Made by a program: the position numbers and the translations under genes
The notes under the pieces: model-generated
Databases searched by the model: none
What the model saw: only the letters and a program-made list of their open reading frames with translations
What the model was told of the DNA's origin: nothing
Assembly (NCBI GenBank): GCA_046563655.1
Contig: CM102285.1
Location: 7,316,001-7,380,000, forward strand
DNA from: Yuukianura sp. NJ FZ-2021
Taxonomy: Eukaryota
DNA: 64,000 nt
Direction of reading: 5' to 3'
In this document: in pieces, positions 41,945 to 51,722 of the stretch
How the letters are laid out: each line of letters begins with the position of its first letter
How positions within the stretch are numbered: position 1 is the first letter of the stretch

Positions 41945-43828
41945 ATGGAAGACCCGAAGTTGGAAAGCCTTCCGAATGAGGTGAGCTGTTGGGTAGGGTT
42001 TTGTAGGATTGACATCATGCGGGGTTATGTGAGAAGTTGGGTGTTTTAGAATCTCCACCATACGGGGTTATGTGAGAATTCGAGTGTTTTTGGATTTACG
42101 TCAAGTGGGGCATGGTGAGACTGGTTACATCATGCGGGGCAATGCAAGAGTTGACAGTTTTTTTTCAGAGAAATTTCGAGGAGGGGAAGGGGGCGATTCT
42201 CACGTTTCCCCAAACAGGAAAATCTTTAGCCGCGAAGGATATATATATACGAAAAAATGAATGAATTTTTTTGTTAACTAGATGTTGGCCCTTGTTCTGT
42301 CGTATTTGAATAATAATGAGCTGAGTAAAATGCGGCTTGTGTCTCGCGAGTGGAGAAAACGCGTTGACAGGTTCGTCACATATCCCAAGGCGCTTCCTGT
42401 TGCGATTCTGAGCTTTTTTTTTGAAGGATTTTTTTTTGGTTTAGGTTGGGATTGTGGAAGCTGGTGTGCTATAACAAGTGGCTCCCGCCGCATGTGAAGG
42501 AGTCGAAAGTGAGGCATCTTGTTCTGAAAAACTACCGTGACGCAGCGCTGCCTGCAATCAAGTTTCGCAGCCTGGTCCAGGAGGTAACATTTTCTGGCGC
42601 TTGCTCAATGAGCGGTCTGCGGAACGCAATTCGGACGTATTACTTTGTTCCTGCGATGAACTTTTTTCACGTTGGTGCAATTGGAAAGATCAATTGTGCC
42701 CAATTCACGCCATCTCAAATGGTGAGCCACTTCCAGAACTTGAAAATACTCAAGATTGACTCCTGCTTGTCCAACGGAAATGGCGGAAGGCACCAACAGC
42801 CCGGGTTGTTTGAAATTTTGTGCTCAAAACCCGACTTTGTACTAGCACAACTTTCCGAGTTCCATTTGTGTCACAAATTCAAGCCGGGCACAGTTCACAG
42901 CTTCTTCGAATTCATCCAAAGGCATCATGAGAAGTTGGAAGTTTTGAACCTAACATGTACGCGGAGCAATATGGAGTTTGGAGAGATCGGCCCTGTGGCA
43001 AACGTGGTGTTGCCAAAGTTGCGGGTTTTGGAGATCAGTTGTCTTCCGCACTACGCTTTCCCGTCCTCGTTTTTTAGTATTTGGTGGAAGTTGGTGGACT
43101 TGCCAAATGCTTTTGAATGCTTGAAGGTGGAACTAGACGGAGTTTCAATGCAACGGCTAGCTGTAATAATCAAGAATAGCAAAGAAAGCCTACGCAAGTT
43201 GGATGTTAGTAACGTGGTGATGGACGCGAGGTCGCCATATAGGATTGAGGGGTTGGAGGAACTGAATAATTTGACGGAATTGCGTCTGGAGTTTATTCCC
43301 CACAGCCACAGCCCATTCTTCTTTGGACACGGAAGATTTCAAGGGTTCCACAAAACTGTGTGTCAGCAGAATTATCCGAAGTCCATTTACAAACTTTCTC
43401 TGGTCGGCGCAAATGTGTTACGTGGGGAACTTGTAAGATCGATTGCATCTCTACCAAATTTGAGAAAACTACATTTGGACCGCCTTGGAGGTCACATTGA
43501 TTTTTCTTGCGGGGTTGACCATGTTGTGTTCTTGGAACTAGTTCCGAGACTTCCAGCCCTACAAGAAATTTCTTTGTCCGGTGTCTGTCAGCAAACAAGG
43601 TTCAGCTTTTCGCAGGACAAGGAATGCTGGAACAGGATTTTGGCTGCAGCTGATGCTTTGGGGGTTCTTGTTGTGATGGAAAACGGAAGAGGGAGTTCAG
43701 CAAGCACCCGGGGAGGGCAGATTTTGGCGGGAAAGTCGTTCACATTTAAGTTTGGTGAGAACATGGAAGCCAAGGACTTGCTGGTGAAGGAGTTGGAAAC
43801 GATTGCTGCTGACTATGGAAATTGGTAA
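41945..43828 (+). CDS. Spliced F-box/leucine-rich-repeat protein, ~502 aa, 3 exons
   Basis: Exons 41945-41980, 42282-42370, 42445-43828 join in frame. N-terminus LESLPNEMLALVLSYLNNNELSKMRLVSREWRKRVD is a canonical F-box. LxxLxL repeats follow (NLKILKI, KLEVLNL, KLRVLEI, SLRKLDV, NLTELRL, NLRKLHL, ALQEISL). AATAAA at ~43896. Confidence 0.88.
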
Positions 43829-44011
43829 TCGTCACTATATGATTCATGCCTATTTCTGAATTGTAAACGTTTTGCTGTCTCCCCTTTTCGATTTGAATAA
43901 AAAGTCGTTGTCTGTACGTTTTGTGCGGGGTATAAAATCATGGCACTTGTTGCATGTCAAATCATTCAGTTTCTGAGAAGCATTTGGAGAAGGAAGCTCT
44001 TATTTTTAACA

Positions 44012-44394
44012 ATGGACAAGAGAGGTAATTTTTTCATTCTACAATAGAAAAGATTTGGGAAAGTGATTTTTTTTGTGTATTAGGAGATGAAGCGGTCGTA
44101 GATGACGGCGTGGATCGTGAGGTGTTGAATTATGTGGAGGATGACAAAAAGTTGGACGTTTTCCATCGGGACTCGGTTTTTCAAGGACGACCATACACTT
44201 GGGTGTACTTTAAACGCAAGGGAAAGGTGGTCAACTTTGAGGGTCGGAACATTCCATATGTCATGCGGAAACTAACAAACATTTATTGCCGTGCCGTCGG
44301 GTGTGACTTGGAGAAGGCTACGGACACACTCCAAAGCTGCTTGAGAGAGGTCGCTTCTGCCAAGGAGGAAATTGAGGATATGCCTCACGATTAG
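44012..44394 (+). CDS. Small spliced hypothetical protein, ~107 aa, 2 exons
   Basis: TATAAAA at 43931 and TCATTCAGT at ~43962. Exon 44012-44024, GT..AG intron 44025-44083, exon 44084-44394 in frame with the listed ORF. AATAAA at ~44430. Confidence 0.65.
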
Positions 44395-44491
44395 AAATGT
44401 TATTTTTGAGGAATAATGTTTTTTTGAAAAATAAAAGCTCCATTGTGAGTGTTGTGCAGCATTAAGAAAAAAAGACCTTTACTTGTTGTTC

Positions 44492-45017
44492 TTATTTAGT
44501 ATGTGGGGTACAACATTGAGTTGGGCCATAGTAGGGGATAGTTTTTACTATTTGACGTAGCAGTTTTCTGACAAACCGCTTTACTAGCCTATCATTTGTA
44601 ATAGTGTTTGAAGTAAAGTTACAGTAGATTGACATTAAACAGCAGGAATGCAAAAGTTTAAACAGAAAGTAAATTGCATACTCACCACAAACTGTAGAAT
44701 TTATACTTTGAAGTTGTTTTGTGTTTTCGATTATGGATTGTGTTTAAACGTTTGGCAAAATTTTGCAGAGCTATATCATACATTTCTACACCAAGTCCAT
44801 AAGAATCTACAAATGTTAGTGGAGATTTTGAATTTTCTCTAAACAGGGCTAGCCAATGTTGTCCTGGATGGTGAGAAGGAGCACTGTTGACGACAAGTAG
44901 AAGAGGGTAGGTGAAAATTTCCATGGTATTTAAATGATCAATTGGAATTACATCAAAAGTGGAAGGATGTTTGCCAACAATTTTCGCCAGATAAGAGTAA
45001 ATTTGTTGTGTATTCAT
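44492..45017 (-). pseudogene. Adenain-like cysteine maturation protease, one 1-nt frameshift (~44740)
   Basis: N-part has VVNS...PGQHW...FVDSYG (catalytic His/Asp). The QLQSINSTVCGEYAIYF segment with the catalytic Cys and the tail NDRLVKRFV...TQCCTPHTK* lie in the +1 frame. Span is 526 nt, one more than a multiple of 3. Could be a sequencing error. Confidence 0.85.
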
Positions 45018-46360
45018 TGTTGAAGGCTGGCAAGACTGTAGTCTCTAAAGTATACTGATTTTGAGGAATCAATATGTAGGACGGATTGAAATTCGGCGTA
45101 GACAAGGACGGTGACAGAGCTTTTGAGTGCAGTTTTAAATTTTAGATCAATTTTGACGTTGCCGTATTTGGGAGTAGGAAAACCTTCTTTTGAATGTCTG
45201 AGATTATATAGCATAAGCGGATGAGATTTGAATTCTTCACGGTTCAAATCTAGTCCAACGTCATCGTTGGCAATTCCGAGACTACAAAATAGATTGTGGT
45301 AGAGTTGAACATATTGATCTTGCGTAAAGTCTACATGTGTCCCAAGTGAAGTTCCAGAGTCACCATTAATGCTAACATTTATGTAGCTCAAATCAAAGTG
45401 TTCAAATGCAAATGGATTTGTGGTTATAGATCCAATGTAGTTTTCTGAAGGTAAAAGTCCAATTAGTAGTCGATCACAAATGACACCAGAAATGAGATTT
45501 TCGTTGACGTTGGTAACTGTGCCAGGGGATAGAGTATATGTTTTAATTTCAACTCGTTTCATTGGATATGTTGCTGGCCTTCCATGCTCCCAAGTTTGGA
45601 GAATTGAAGTTAGTAATGAGGGAAGAAGTTGATGGCGTTGTACAATGAGGCGAGCATCTTGAATTTGAACTTGGTAGTTACCAGCTGTTTTGGCAACGAG
45701 ACAAAACTCTGGTGTGGATCTTAAAAATGAAATGCGTAAGTCGATTGAAGGAACGAGAAATTTGTTTTGGACACAAAGGTCGGTAAACGGACGTCCAACC
45801 ATTTCAATTATTTTGCTTTTGACTGCAAATGTGTATCTTTGTTTAAATCCATCTTCTTTTGTTTCATCTGTACATTTAGGATCTTTGTCCTTGTAGAAAA
45901 GGGAGCATTGACTTTGAGAGCGTTTGTATTCTTTTCCATATCCGAGTAAAGTTTCCAAGTATGCTCTGTAGGCATACTGTAAACTTGCAGGAGTAATTAA
46001 AACTTCATTGAGATATATGGAACACTGTAGAAATAGCGAGTGAAGGAAATTGTTGGCTGGAGCAACAATGCTGTTGTCATCCAAATCCGTGCCGTTCGAC
46101 TTTACAATTTTAACTTTTAAATAAAGTTTCGTTTCAGACAAGTCGATTAGTTCAGTTTGATTTCCTTGTACAAAAAATTCCAGAGGGGCTTGATTGTCTG
46201 AAAGTGAGTTGATTGAATGGAATTCCGTAGCTGAGGTTGATGCGAGACTAACATCAAAGATTGGTTCTTCAAAGAGTTGTGTTTCTGATCTAACAAATGT
46301 GTAAGGCAAAGAAGAAGAAGCTGTGCTAGGAGAAACTTTAGAAGACCTAACTTTCGGCAT
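45014..46360 (-). CDS. Major capsid protein (double jelly-roll, Polinton PY/hexon-like)
   Basis: 448-aa intact ORF with motifs typical of Polinton MCPs (IDLSETKLYLKVKI, NNFLHSLF, YAYRAYLETLL, NPFAFEHF) and located next to the protease. Confidence 0.85.
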   Translation of the reverse strand: MPKVRSSKVSPSTASSSLPYTFVRSETQLFEEPIFDVSLASTSATEFHSINSLSDNQAPLEFFVQGNQTELIDLSETKLYLKVKIVKSNGTDLDDNSIVAPANNFLHSLFLQCSIYLNEVLITPASLQYAYRAYLETLLGYGKEYKRSQSQCSLFYKDKDPKCTDETKEDGFKQRYTFAVKSKIIEMVGRPFTDLCVQNKFLVPSIDLRISFLRSTPEFCLVAKTAGNYQVQIQDARLIVQRHQLLPSLLTSILQTWEHGRPATYPMKRVEIKTYTLSPGTVTNVNENLISGVICDRLLIGLLPSENYIGSITTNPFAFEHFDLSYINVSINGDSGTSLGTHVDFTQDQYVQLYHNLFCSLGIANDDVGLDLNREEFKSHPLMLYNLRHSKEGFPTPKYGNVKIDLKFKTALKSSVTVLVYAEFQSVLHIDSSKSVYFRDYSLASLQQ

Positions 46361-46378
46361 TTTTGTTGTTGTTGTTGT

Positions 46379-46827
46379 TCAAAATAGGTATCTTGGTTTG
46401 GAGGGTTTTATTTTCTTTTTGACAATTTTCTTCTTCTTCTTCCCTTTCTTTCGTTTTTTACGCTTCTTTACGGCTCGCCGTCCAGATCCTGTCTGACTCA
46501 GCAAGTCCCGTCCTACTCCTTTAAGAGCGTCTATACCGTGGGAACGAAGTGATTCAGAGATTGGTCGTTTACGTTCAATTAGGTCGGATGCAACTGAGCG
46601 GGCTGCATTCAATGCATGTGGAGCGATATATTTTTTTAAAAATGGTACTAGCCTTCTTGCAAATGTACCTAGTACGGCTCCTAACCCTGCTCCTCTTTGT
46701 CTTCGTACTCCAGAAAAAATATGGGGGATCCATAGCCAACTTGATGAAGAGAGGAGGGATGGGTTGAAAATTTGAAGAAATTTTGAGCACTATCTCTGGC
46801 ACAATTGTATGGGACTAGGGCTCTCAT
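46379..46827 (-). pseudogene. Basic core/membrane-lytic-like Polinton virion protein, one 1-nt frameshift (~46715-46727)
   Basis: ATG 46827 gives MRALVPYNC...QVGYGSP. Another frame continues FSGVRRQRGAGLGAVLGTFARRLVPFLKK...QTGSGRRAVKKRKKRKK to the stop at 46379. Span is 449 nt, one short. The QxGxG motifs, amphipathic helix and basic tail are typical of this Polinton gene. Confidence 0.7.
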
Positions 46828-46840
46828 TTTGTTTTTGGTT

Positions 46841-47642
46841 TTAATATTTTCGCTGACGGAAGCGAAGTGTCGCCGTCACGTTTCCAAATTGTAATGCCAG
46901 ATTTTCTCCAACTTCATTTAATAAGTAGATCTTGACAGTGTCAAACTCACTTACGGCAAGGTCCAAAAAATATGGATGTGTAAATTCATTTACAACTTGG
47001 CGTCGTATGTGTCCATCATAATTGACAACTCTCAGACACTGTACAAGTACATCTCCAACAAATTGTGGTTTAATTAGGTTACAGTATACAAACATTTTTG
47101 TATTTCCAGTAATTGAAAAACACTGGCATTGTTCCTTGACCTTTGAGTTGAAAAGGTTGTTTTAAAAAAAGTTTTTCTGTAGCTTTAGCACTACTTGTTA
47201 CAGAAAGATTTGCTTTAGGTAGTCCAAGTATATCAACCAATTTTTGGGAAACTATAATTCCTTCATGTAGCAAAGGGAATTGATAATAGAAGATGTGGTC
47301 CCTAATTTCAAAAGTTGCTCCGGTTAGAGCAGATGAAAGTTCTTGTAACAGTTCCTGTTCACTTGTAATGTTTCTGCTACAAACATATGTTTGTAGGCTT
47401 GATACTGACTCATCTTCACTTTTTTTGAAAGTTGAAAATAACACGTCACCAGAATGTATTATTGCATTTCCAAATGTGTATGAAATTTCTGTGAGCGCAA
47501 CTTCCCATTGCCCAGCTGGCAGTGAGATTGTTGTGGAAAGACGGTTCTTGAAATTTGAAATTTTATTATCTGGAAATAAATCCATACATGCGTTTGATTG
47601 TAATGTTACAAAAAATGAGGTGTCACGCTGTTGATGCGCCAT
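46841..47642 (-). pseudogene. Minor capsid protein (penton/PX-like), one 1-nt frameshift (~47116-47120)
   Basis: N-part FFVTLQSN..MDLFPDNKISNF...WEVALTEISY and C-part MFVYCNLIKPQFVGD...YFLDL...TLRFR are in two overlapping ORFs. Removing one base from the A5 run joins them (span 802 nt). Confidence 0.82.
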
Positions 47643-47745
47643 TTTCTTTTTGAGATTCACGTGTTTATTTGACGAAATACAAAATCACACTAAGATAAAA
47701 TACAACGTTTACTTACTACTTAAGAAACAAAAAAGTAGAGGGGGC

Positions 47746-47985
47746 ACAGGGGTTAAAAACCCCGGGTTGCACGCAGGTGTAAAACCCATGTTGTACGCAG
47801 GGCTTAAACCCAAGTTGTACGCAGGGCTTAAACCCCAGTTGCACGCAGGGCTTAAATACAAGTTGCACGCAGGGCTTTAACCCAAGTTGCACGCAGGGCT
47901 TAAACCCAAGTTGCACGCAGGGTTAAAACCCACGTGGTCAGCAGGGAGTAACACCCAGCGTAGCATTGTTGGGTTTAAAACCCAC
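47746..47985. repeat. 24-bp minisatellite (~8 copies plus degenerate tail) inside the Polinton
   Basis: Consensus CCCAAGTTGCACGCAGGGCTTAAA repeated. The 8-aa periodic ORFs on both strands reflect it. Confidence 0.9.
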
Positions 47986-48047
47986 CATGATAAAGCAGGG
48001 ACCGCGCGCGCGTGCATCCCTGCAAGCATGGGGAGCATGGAGCACTT

Positions 48048-49067
48048 TCAATTTTTATATGCTTCCCAACTTTTGGCAAGTTGTTTTTTGACAATGTTTT
48101 TTTTACTTTTTGTACTATCATTTATAGTAGTTACGTTTCCTCGTTTTCGGAGTCTGTCTTTGATCGGTAGAGATTTGGGTGGAGATGATTTTTGATGTTG
48201 TTGTTGTTGCTGTTGTTGTTGTGGGGACAAGGTTGGTGGTGTACCAAATGTATTACTTTCCACATCATCATCCCCCTCCTCCTCCTCAACATTTCCTTCA
48301 GAATCGCCTTTAAAAAGGGATGAAAGGGGGGTTGTTGGTTCAATGGTAACTGTTGTAGTAGTTAAGTTTCTACTACCAACTTCTCCTGTTGGTACTTTCT
48401 CAAGAATTCTACGCACAGTTTGTGGTGGTGTTTGGATTTCTTCAAATTTTTGTAAATGTTCATTGACATCATTCCATCCAACTGGTAGATTGAGGATAAG
48501 ATTTTGTTTTTGCCTTTCGGATAAATTTTTCTTTTTAAATGAAACAAATTGAGAGAGGACATTGATGATATTTGAAGAAGGAATCCGCTTATTATCAATT
48601 AAAATTTCCAAATCTGAATTCCAACTAATATTACTAAATTTCATAAAGTTTAAAAACTTTTTGGCATCCTTTCCTGGTACTTGTTTTAAAATGTATGGTT
48701 CTGTAACATACTCAATGTTTTGTAACAAGTTGGATGGATTGTTGCTGTTGTTGTTGTTCTTGTTGTTGTTGTTGTTACTGATGTTTGAGTTTGATGTCAA
48801 ATTAGGAGTAGTTTCAGAAATAGATTTGACTAAAACTGGACGATTTGACAAAAGTTTTTGTTTTTGGAGAAGGCGGCGAGAAAAATCATAGTATAAAAGA
48901 GCTTTGATATCATCTGGTACATCGTCAACTGATAAAATTGTTTGCTTCTTGTATTCTAAATCTTCATTTCCACCCCCCACAATCTTAAGTGACTCTTTGG
49001 AACTTTTGTTTGGCTCTTCATACTTGTTTTTGTACTCTGATTCTGATATTAGACGCATTCGTTTCAT
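48048..49067 (-). CDS. Conserved Polinton hypothetical protein with low-complexity tracts
   Basis: 339-aa ORF. ISWNSDLEILIDNKRIPSSNIINVL...PVGW resembles a motif I recognise from Polinton uncharacterised proteins. Has poly-N, poly-Q and acidic tracts. Confidence 0.65.
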   Translation of the reverse strand: MKRMRLISESEYKNKYEEPNKSSKESLKIVGGGNEDLEYKKQTILSVDDVPDDIKALLYYDFSRRLLQKQKLLSNRPVLVKSISETTPNLTSNSNISNNNNNKNNNNSNNPSNLLQNIEYVTEPYILKQVPGKDAKKFLNFMKFSNISWNSDLEILIDNKRIPSSNIINVLSQFVSFKKKNLSERQKQNLILNLPVGWNDVNEHLQKFEEIQTPPQTVRRILEKVPTGEVGSRNLTTTTVTIEPTTPLSSLFKGDSEGNVEEEEGDDDVESNTFGTPPTLSPQQQQQQQQHQKSSPPKSLPIKDRLRKRGNVTTINDSTKSKKNIVKKQLAKSWEAYKN

Positions 49068-49399
49068 TTTTGAAAAATGGCTGATAAAACACTTGGGATC
49101 ATGGATCCTAATAGCAATGGAATTATTGCACCACCCCTTTGAGACAAAAGTTTTTTCTTTTTTGCCAACGATGAGCGTTTCTTCTTGACAATTGAAAGTA
49201 TTGTTCTTTTGAATGGACGCAACTTTTCAACTGTAGACTTTTTTAGTCCAACATTTTTTTTATATATATTCAAAACACATTCACAAATACTTTTGACTTC
49301 ACCACTACTAGCATATTTAATTAAAGCTTTTCTTTGCTGTGGTGAACACTTGATTAAATATCTCAAAAAATCTGAATTTTCTTTCACAGTTGTAGACAT
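49064..49399 (-). CDS. Small basic Polinton protein ending in QRGG + hydrophobic tail (putative virion/core precursor)
   Basis: Likely start ATG 49399 (ORF open to 49447). ICECVLN...KKKLLSQRGGAIIPLLL pattern. The stop overlaps the next ATG (ATGA). Confidence 0.7.
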   Translation of the reverse strand: MSTTVKENSDFLRYLIKCSPQQRKALIKYASSGEVKSICECVLNIYKKNVGLKKSTVEKLRPFKRTILSIVKKKRSSLAKKKKLLSQRGGAIIPLLLGSMIPSVLSAIFQK

Positions 49400-49526
49400 G
49401 GTTGAGTGCAGGTTATGCGTGTGACCCGTTTCATGTTGAAACTTCAAATGACTAATTCCATTGTGTATACCTCTCCTATAAAAAGTTTGGCATTTTCAAA
49501 TTCTAGGGTCAGATTTCATTTGTACA

Positions 49527-50489
49527 ATGGAGCAAAAACATTTGATAGAGAAAATACGCAAAGACTACGTCAATCCTCGTTCAAGTTTTGCATTTTCAGG
49601 ATTAGAAGGCACTTTTAAAGTTCAAAAGAAGAGTGGAGTCAGAAAACTTGATGTACTAAAAGCATTAGAACAAATTCCAGCTTATACTCTTCACAAACCG
49701 GCTCGGAAACACTACAACAGACGACAAGTTTTTATACCGTCCATAAGATATCAGTATATAATTGATCTAATCGATATTTCAAAGTATTCCGAAGCAAATA
49801 CGAATCATAAGTTCTTGTTGACTTGTATTGACGGTTTCTCAAAAGTCGCTGACGTCATCCCTTTAAAAAATAAAACTGGGACTCAAGTAGCAAACGCTTT
49901 ACAAAAAATTTTTAAGAAAAGAGGCACTCCAAAGTCAATTCAATTTGACGAAGGGAAAGAATTTTTAAATCGAAATGTTAAACAACTTTTAAAACAACAC
50001 TCTGTTCTATCCTTTAGTACTAGATCAGAACTGAAAGCAGTAATTGTTGAAAGATTTAACCAAACATTAATGAGAAGGTTGGCGAGATATATGACACACA
50101 ATCAGACAACAAAATTTTTAGATGTTTTGCAAAATATTGTAAATTCATACAACAACACCTACCATCGCTCCATCAAATGTACACCAAACCAAGTCAATGA
50201 CGACACAAAAACTCAAGTATTTCTAAACTTGTACGGACACTCACCAAAACAAAACCGACCAAAACGGAAACGTGCTACCTTCAATGTTGGAGACTCCGTA
50301 CTACTTAGTAAAAATAAAACACTTTTTGAAAAGGGATACGCCCAAAGTTGGACAAAAGAAATTTTTCAAATTGTTGAAGTTTGCAACACCGTCCCTGTCA
50401 CTTACAAGTTAAAAGACGGCAAAGGTGAAGACATATTTGGAATATTTTACAACGAGGAGCTGCAACGCGTTCCTCAGTCTTCAGTTTAA
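49527..50489 (+). CDS. Retroviral-like DDE integrase
   Basis: 320 aa with IDLID, QFDEGKEF and VERFN catalytic triad contexts, YNNTYHRSIKCTP, and an SH3-like C-terminus FNVGDSV...FEKGY...FYNEELQ. Confidence 0.95.
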   Translation: MEQKHLIEKIRKDYVNPRSSFAFSGLEGTFKVQKKSGVRKLDVLKALEQIPAYTLHKPARKHYNRRQVFIPSIRYQYIIDLIDISKYSEANTNHKFLLTCIDGFSKVADVIPLKNKTGTQVANALQKIFKKRGTPKSIQFDEGKEFLNRNVKQLLKQHSVLSFSTRSELKAVIVERFNQTLMRRLARYMTHNQTTKFLDVLQNIVNSYNNTYHRSIKCTPNQVNDDTKTQVFLNLYGHSPKQNRPKRKRATFNVGDSVLLSKNKTLFEKGYAQSWTKEIFQIVEVCNTVPVTYKLKDGKGEDIFGIFYNEELQRVPQSSV

Positions 50490-50647
50490 CTTTGCCGTGA
50501 CATGAGCTCGTGTCAAATTTGCTCTCTGTGGCGTTCTTTTTCAAATTTTTGCTTCAAAAAAATTCAACTACTACAATTACTGTTTGTGAAACATTTTCTT
50601 GTAACTGTAACCTCAACAAAACCTCGGAACCCTCTCAGGCAATCGAA

Positions 50648-50998
50648 ATGGAATCTCCAATTCAAGATTTTCTTAACCTAAATCCAAATCTTCTCACGGA
50701 AACTACCCAAGAGAAAAAACAACGCAAACGAGTTCGAATACCCAAACTACCTCGCAAAGTTACATCTCTGGCAATGGTTGTTGAAGTTCGTCAAGAGTTT
50801 CCTAAACCGCATCCACCACCACGAGTTAATTTGGAGGATGGTTGGCAGCTCTACATTGGCAACGAACAAGGAAACGACCAAGGACCTCTGACACATTTAC
50901 ATATCAAAAATGTTTATGATGCTGGATCTGGTGTCGTTATTCCAATTCATTTATTTGAGTGTCTCACCGAAGGACTTTCAAAATTAAAACGGAACTAA
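50648..50998 (+). CDS. Hypothetical protein, ~116 aa (weak PC4-like pattern)
   Basis: First ATG at 50648 within the 50510-50998 ORF, converging tightly on the ATPase stop. HLHIK...SGVVIP..LFECL pattern. Confidence 0.5.
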   Translation: MESPIQDFLNLNPNLLTETTQEKKQRKRVRIPKLPRKVTSLAMVVEVRQEFPKPHPPPRVNLEDGWQLYIGNEQGNDQGPLTHLHIKNVYDAGSGVVIPIHLFECLTEGLSKLKRN

Positions 50999-51004
50999 GG
51001 TAAA

Positions 51005-51664
51005 TTACTTTTTTAAATAAACTATACAAGAGTCTGGATCTGCAAATACATTTGACCTAATTCGAAAGTCATCATTTTGACTTTGAGACATATCTAAAAA
51101 CAAGTAACTATTTGGCTTATTCTTTGTGGCGTCTTCAAATGCTTCTTCTAGTGTTGAATTTGATTTTCCGCCATTCATTTGTCGTCCCAGATATTTTATT
51201 ATAGTTTTATCTCTCGGATTTCGAAATAACGCAACATATTTTGCATTTAAAGTCAAATTCCTACATCCCTTGAAGAAAAAATTTTGAATCGTAATCATCA
51301 GAGAGAGTGACCGGTGATGAGACCCGCGGGTAACCATTTTACAAACATCCAATGATGATCCAATGTCTTCCATAAAGTCATCCAGCACAACAAGTGTTGG
51401 CTTCTTGTTTCCAACGTCAACGTCAATTTGATCCATGCCTTGGCAAAAATCAATTTCAATATCTTTTGCACTATTAATTTCTCTTAATCGTTTTGCAAAG
51501 TCCGGCTCATCTTCTGCATAACAATAGACTACACGCTTGACTTTCGGCTCAACAACTTCTTCGATACGTTCCAAAATGTTTTTGATCAAAGTACTTTTTC
51601 CACTTTGTGTAGGTCCCGCCAAAACCATCACAAACGGATGCTGCAAAGAACATTGAATTTCCAT
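51005..51664 (-). CDS. A32/FtsK-HerA-like DNA packaging ATPase
   Basis: Walker A GPTQSGKS, Walker B LVVLDD, followed by RGSHHRSLSLMITIQN and LNAKY..LFRNPRD. Confidence 0.93.
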   Translation of the reverse strand: MEIQCSLQHPFVMVLAGPTQSGKSTLIKNILERIEEVVEPKVKRVVYCYAEDEPDFAKRLREINSAKDIEIDFCQGMDQIDVDVGNKKPTLVVLDDFMEDIGSSLDVCKMVTRGSHHRSLSLMITIQNFFFKGCRNLTLNAKYVALFRNPRDKTIIKYLGRQMNGGKSNSTLEEAFEDATKNKPNSYLFLDMSQSQNDDFRIRSNVFADPDSCIVYLKK

Positions 51665-51722
51665 CTTGACAAATCAAACACCAAACAACTACTAAATGCG
51701 CGGACAATTAATCTAGTTGGCT

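Noticed and set aside
47650..48195. ORFs with 8-aa periodicity (HAGLKPKL / QLGFKPCV)
   Set aside because: By-products of the 24-bp minisatellite, open on both strands and broken by an indel.
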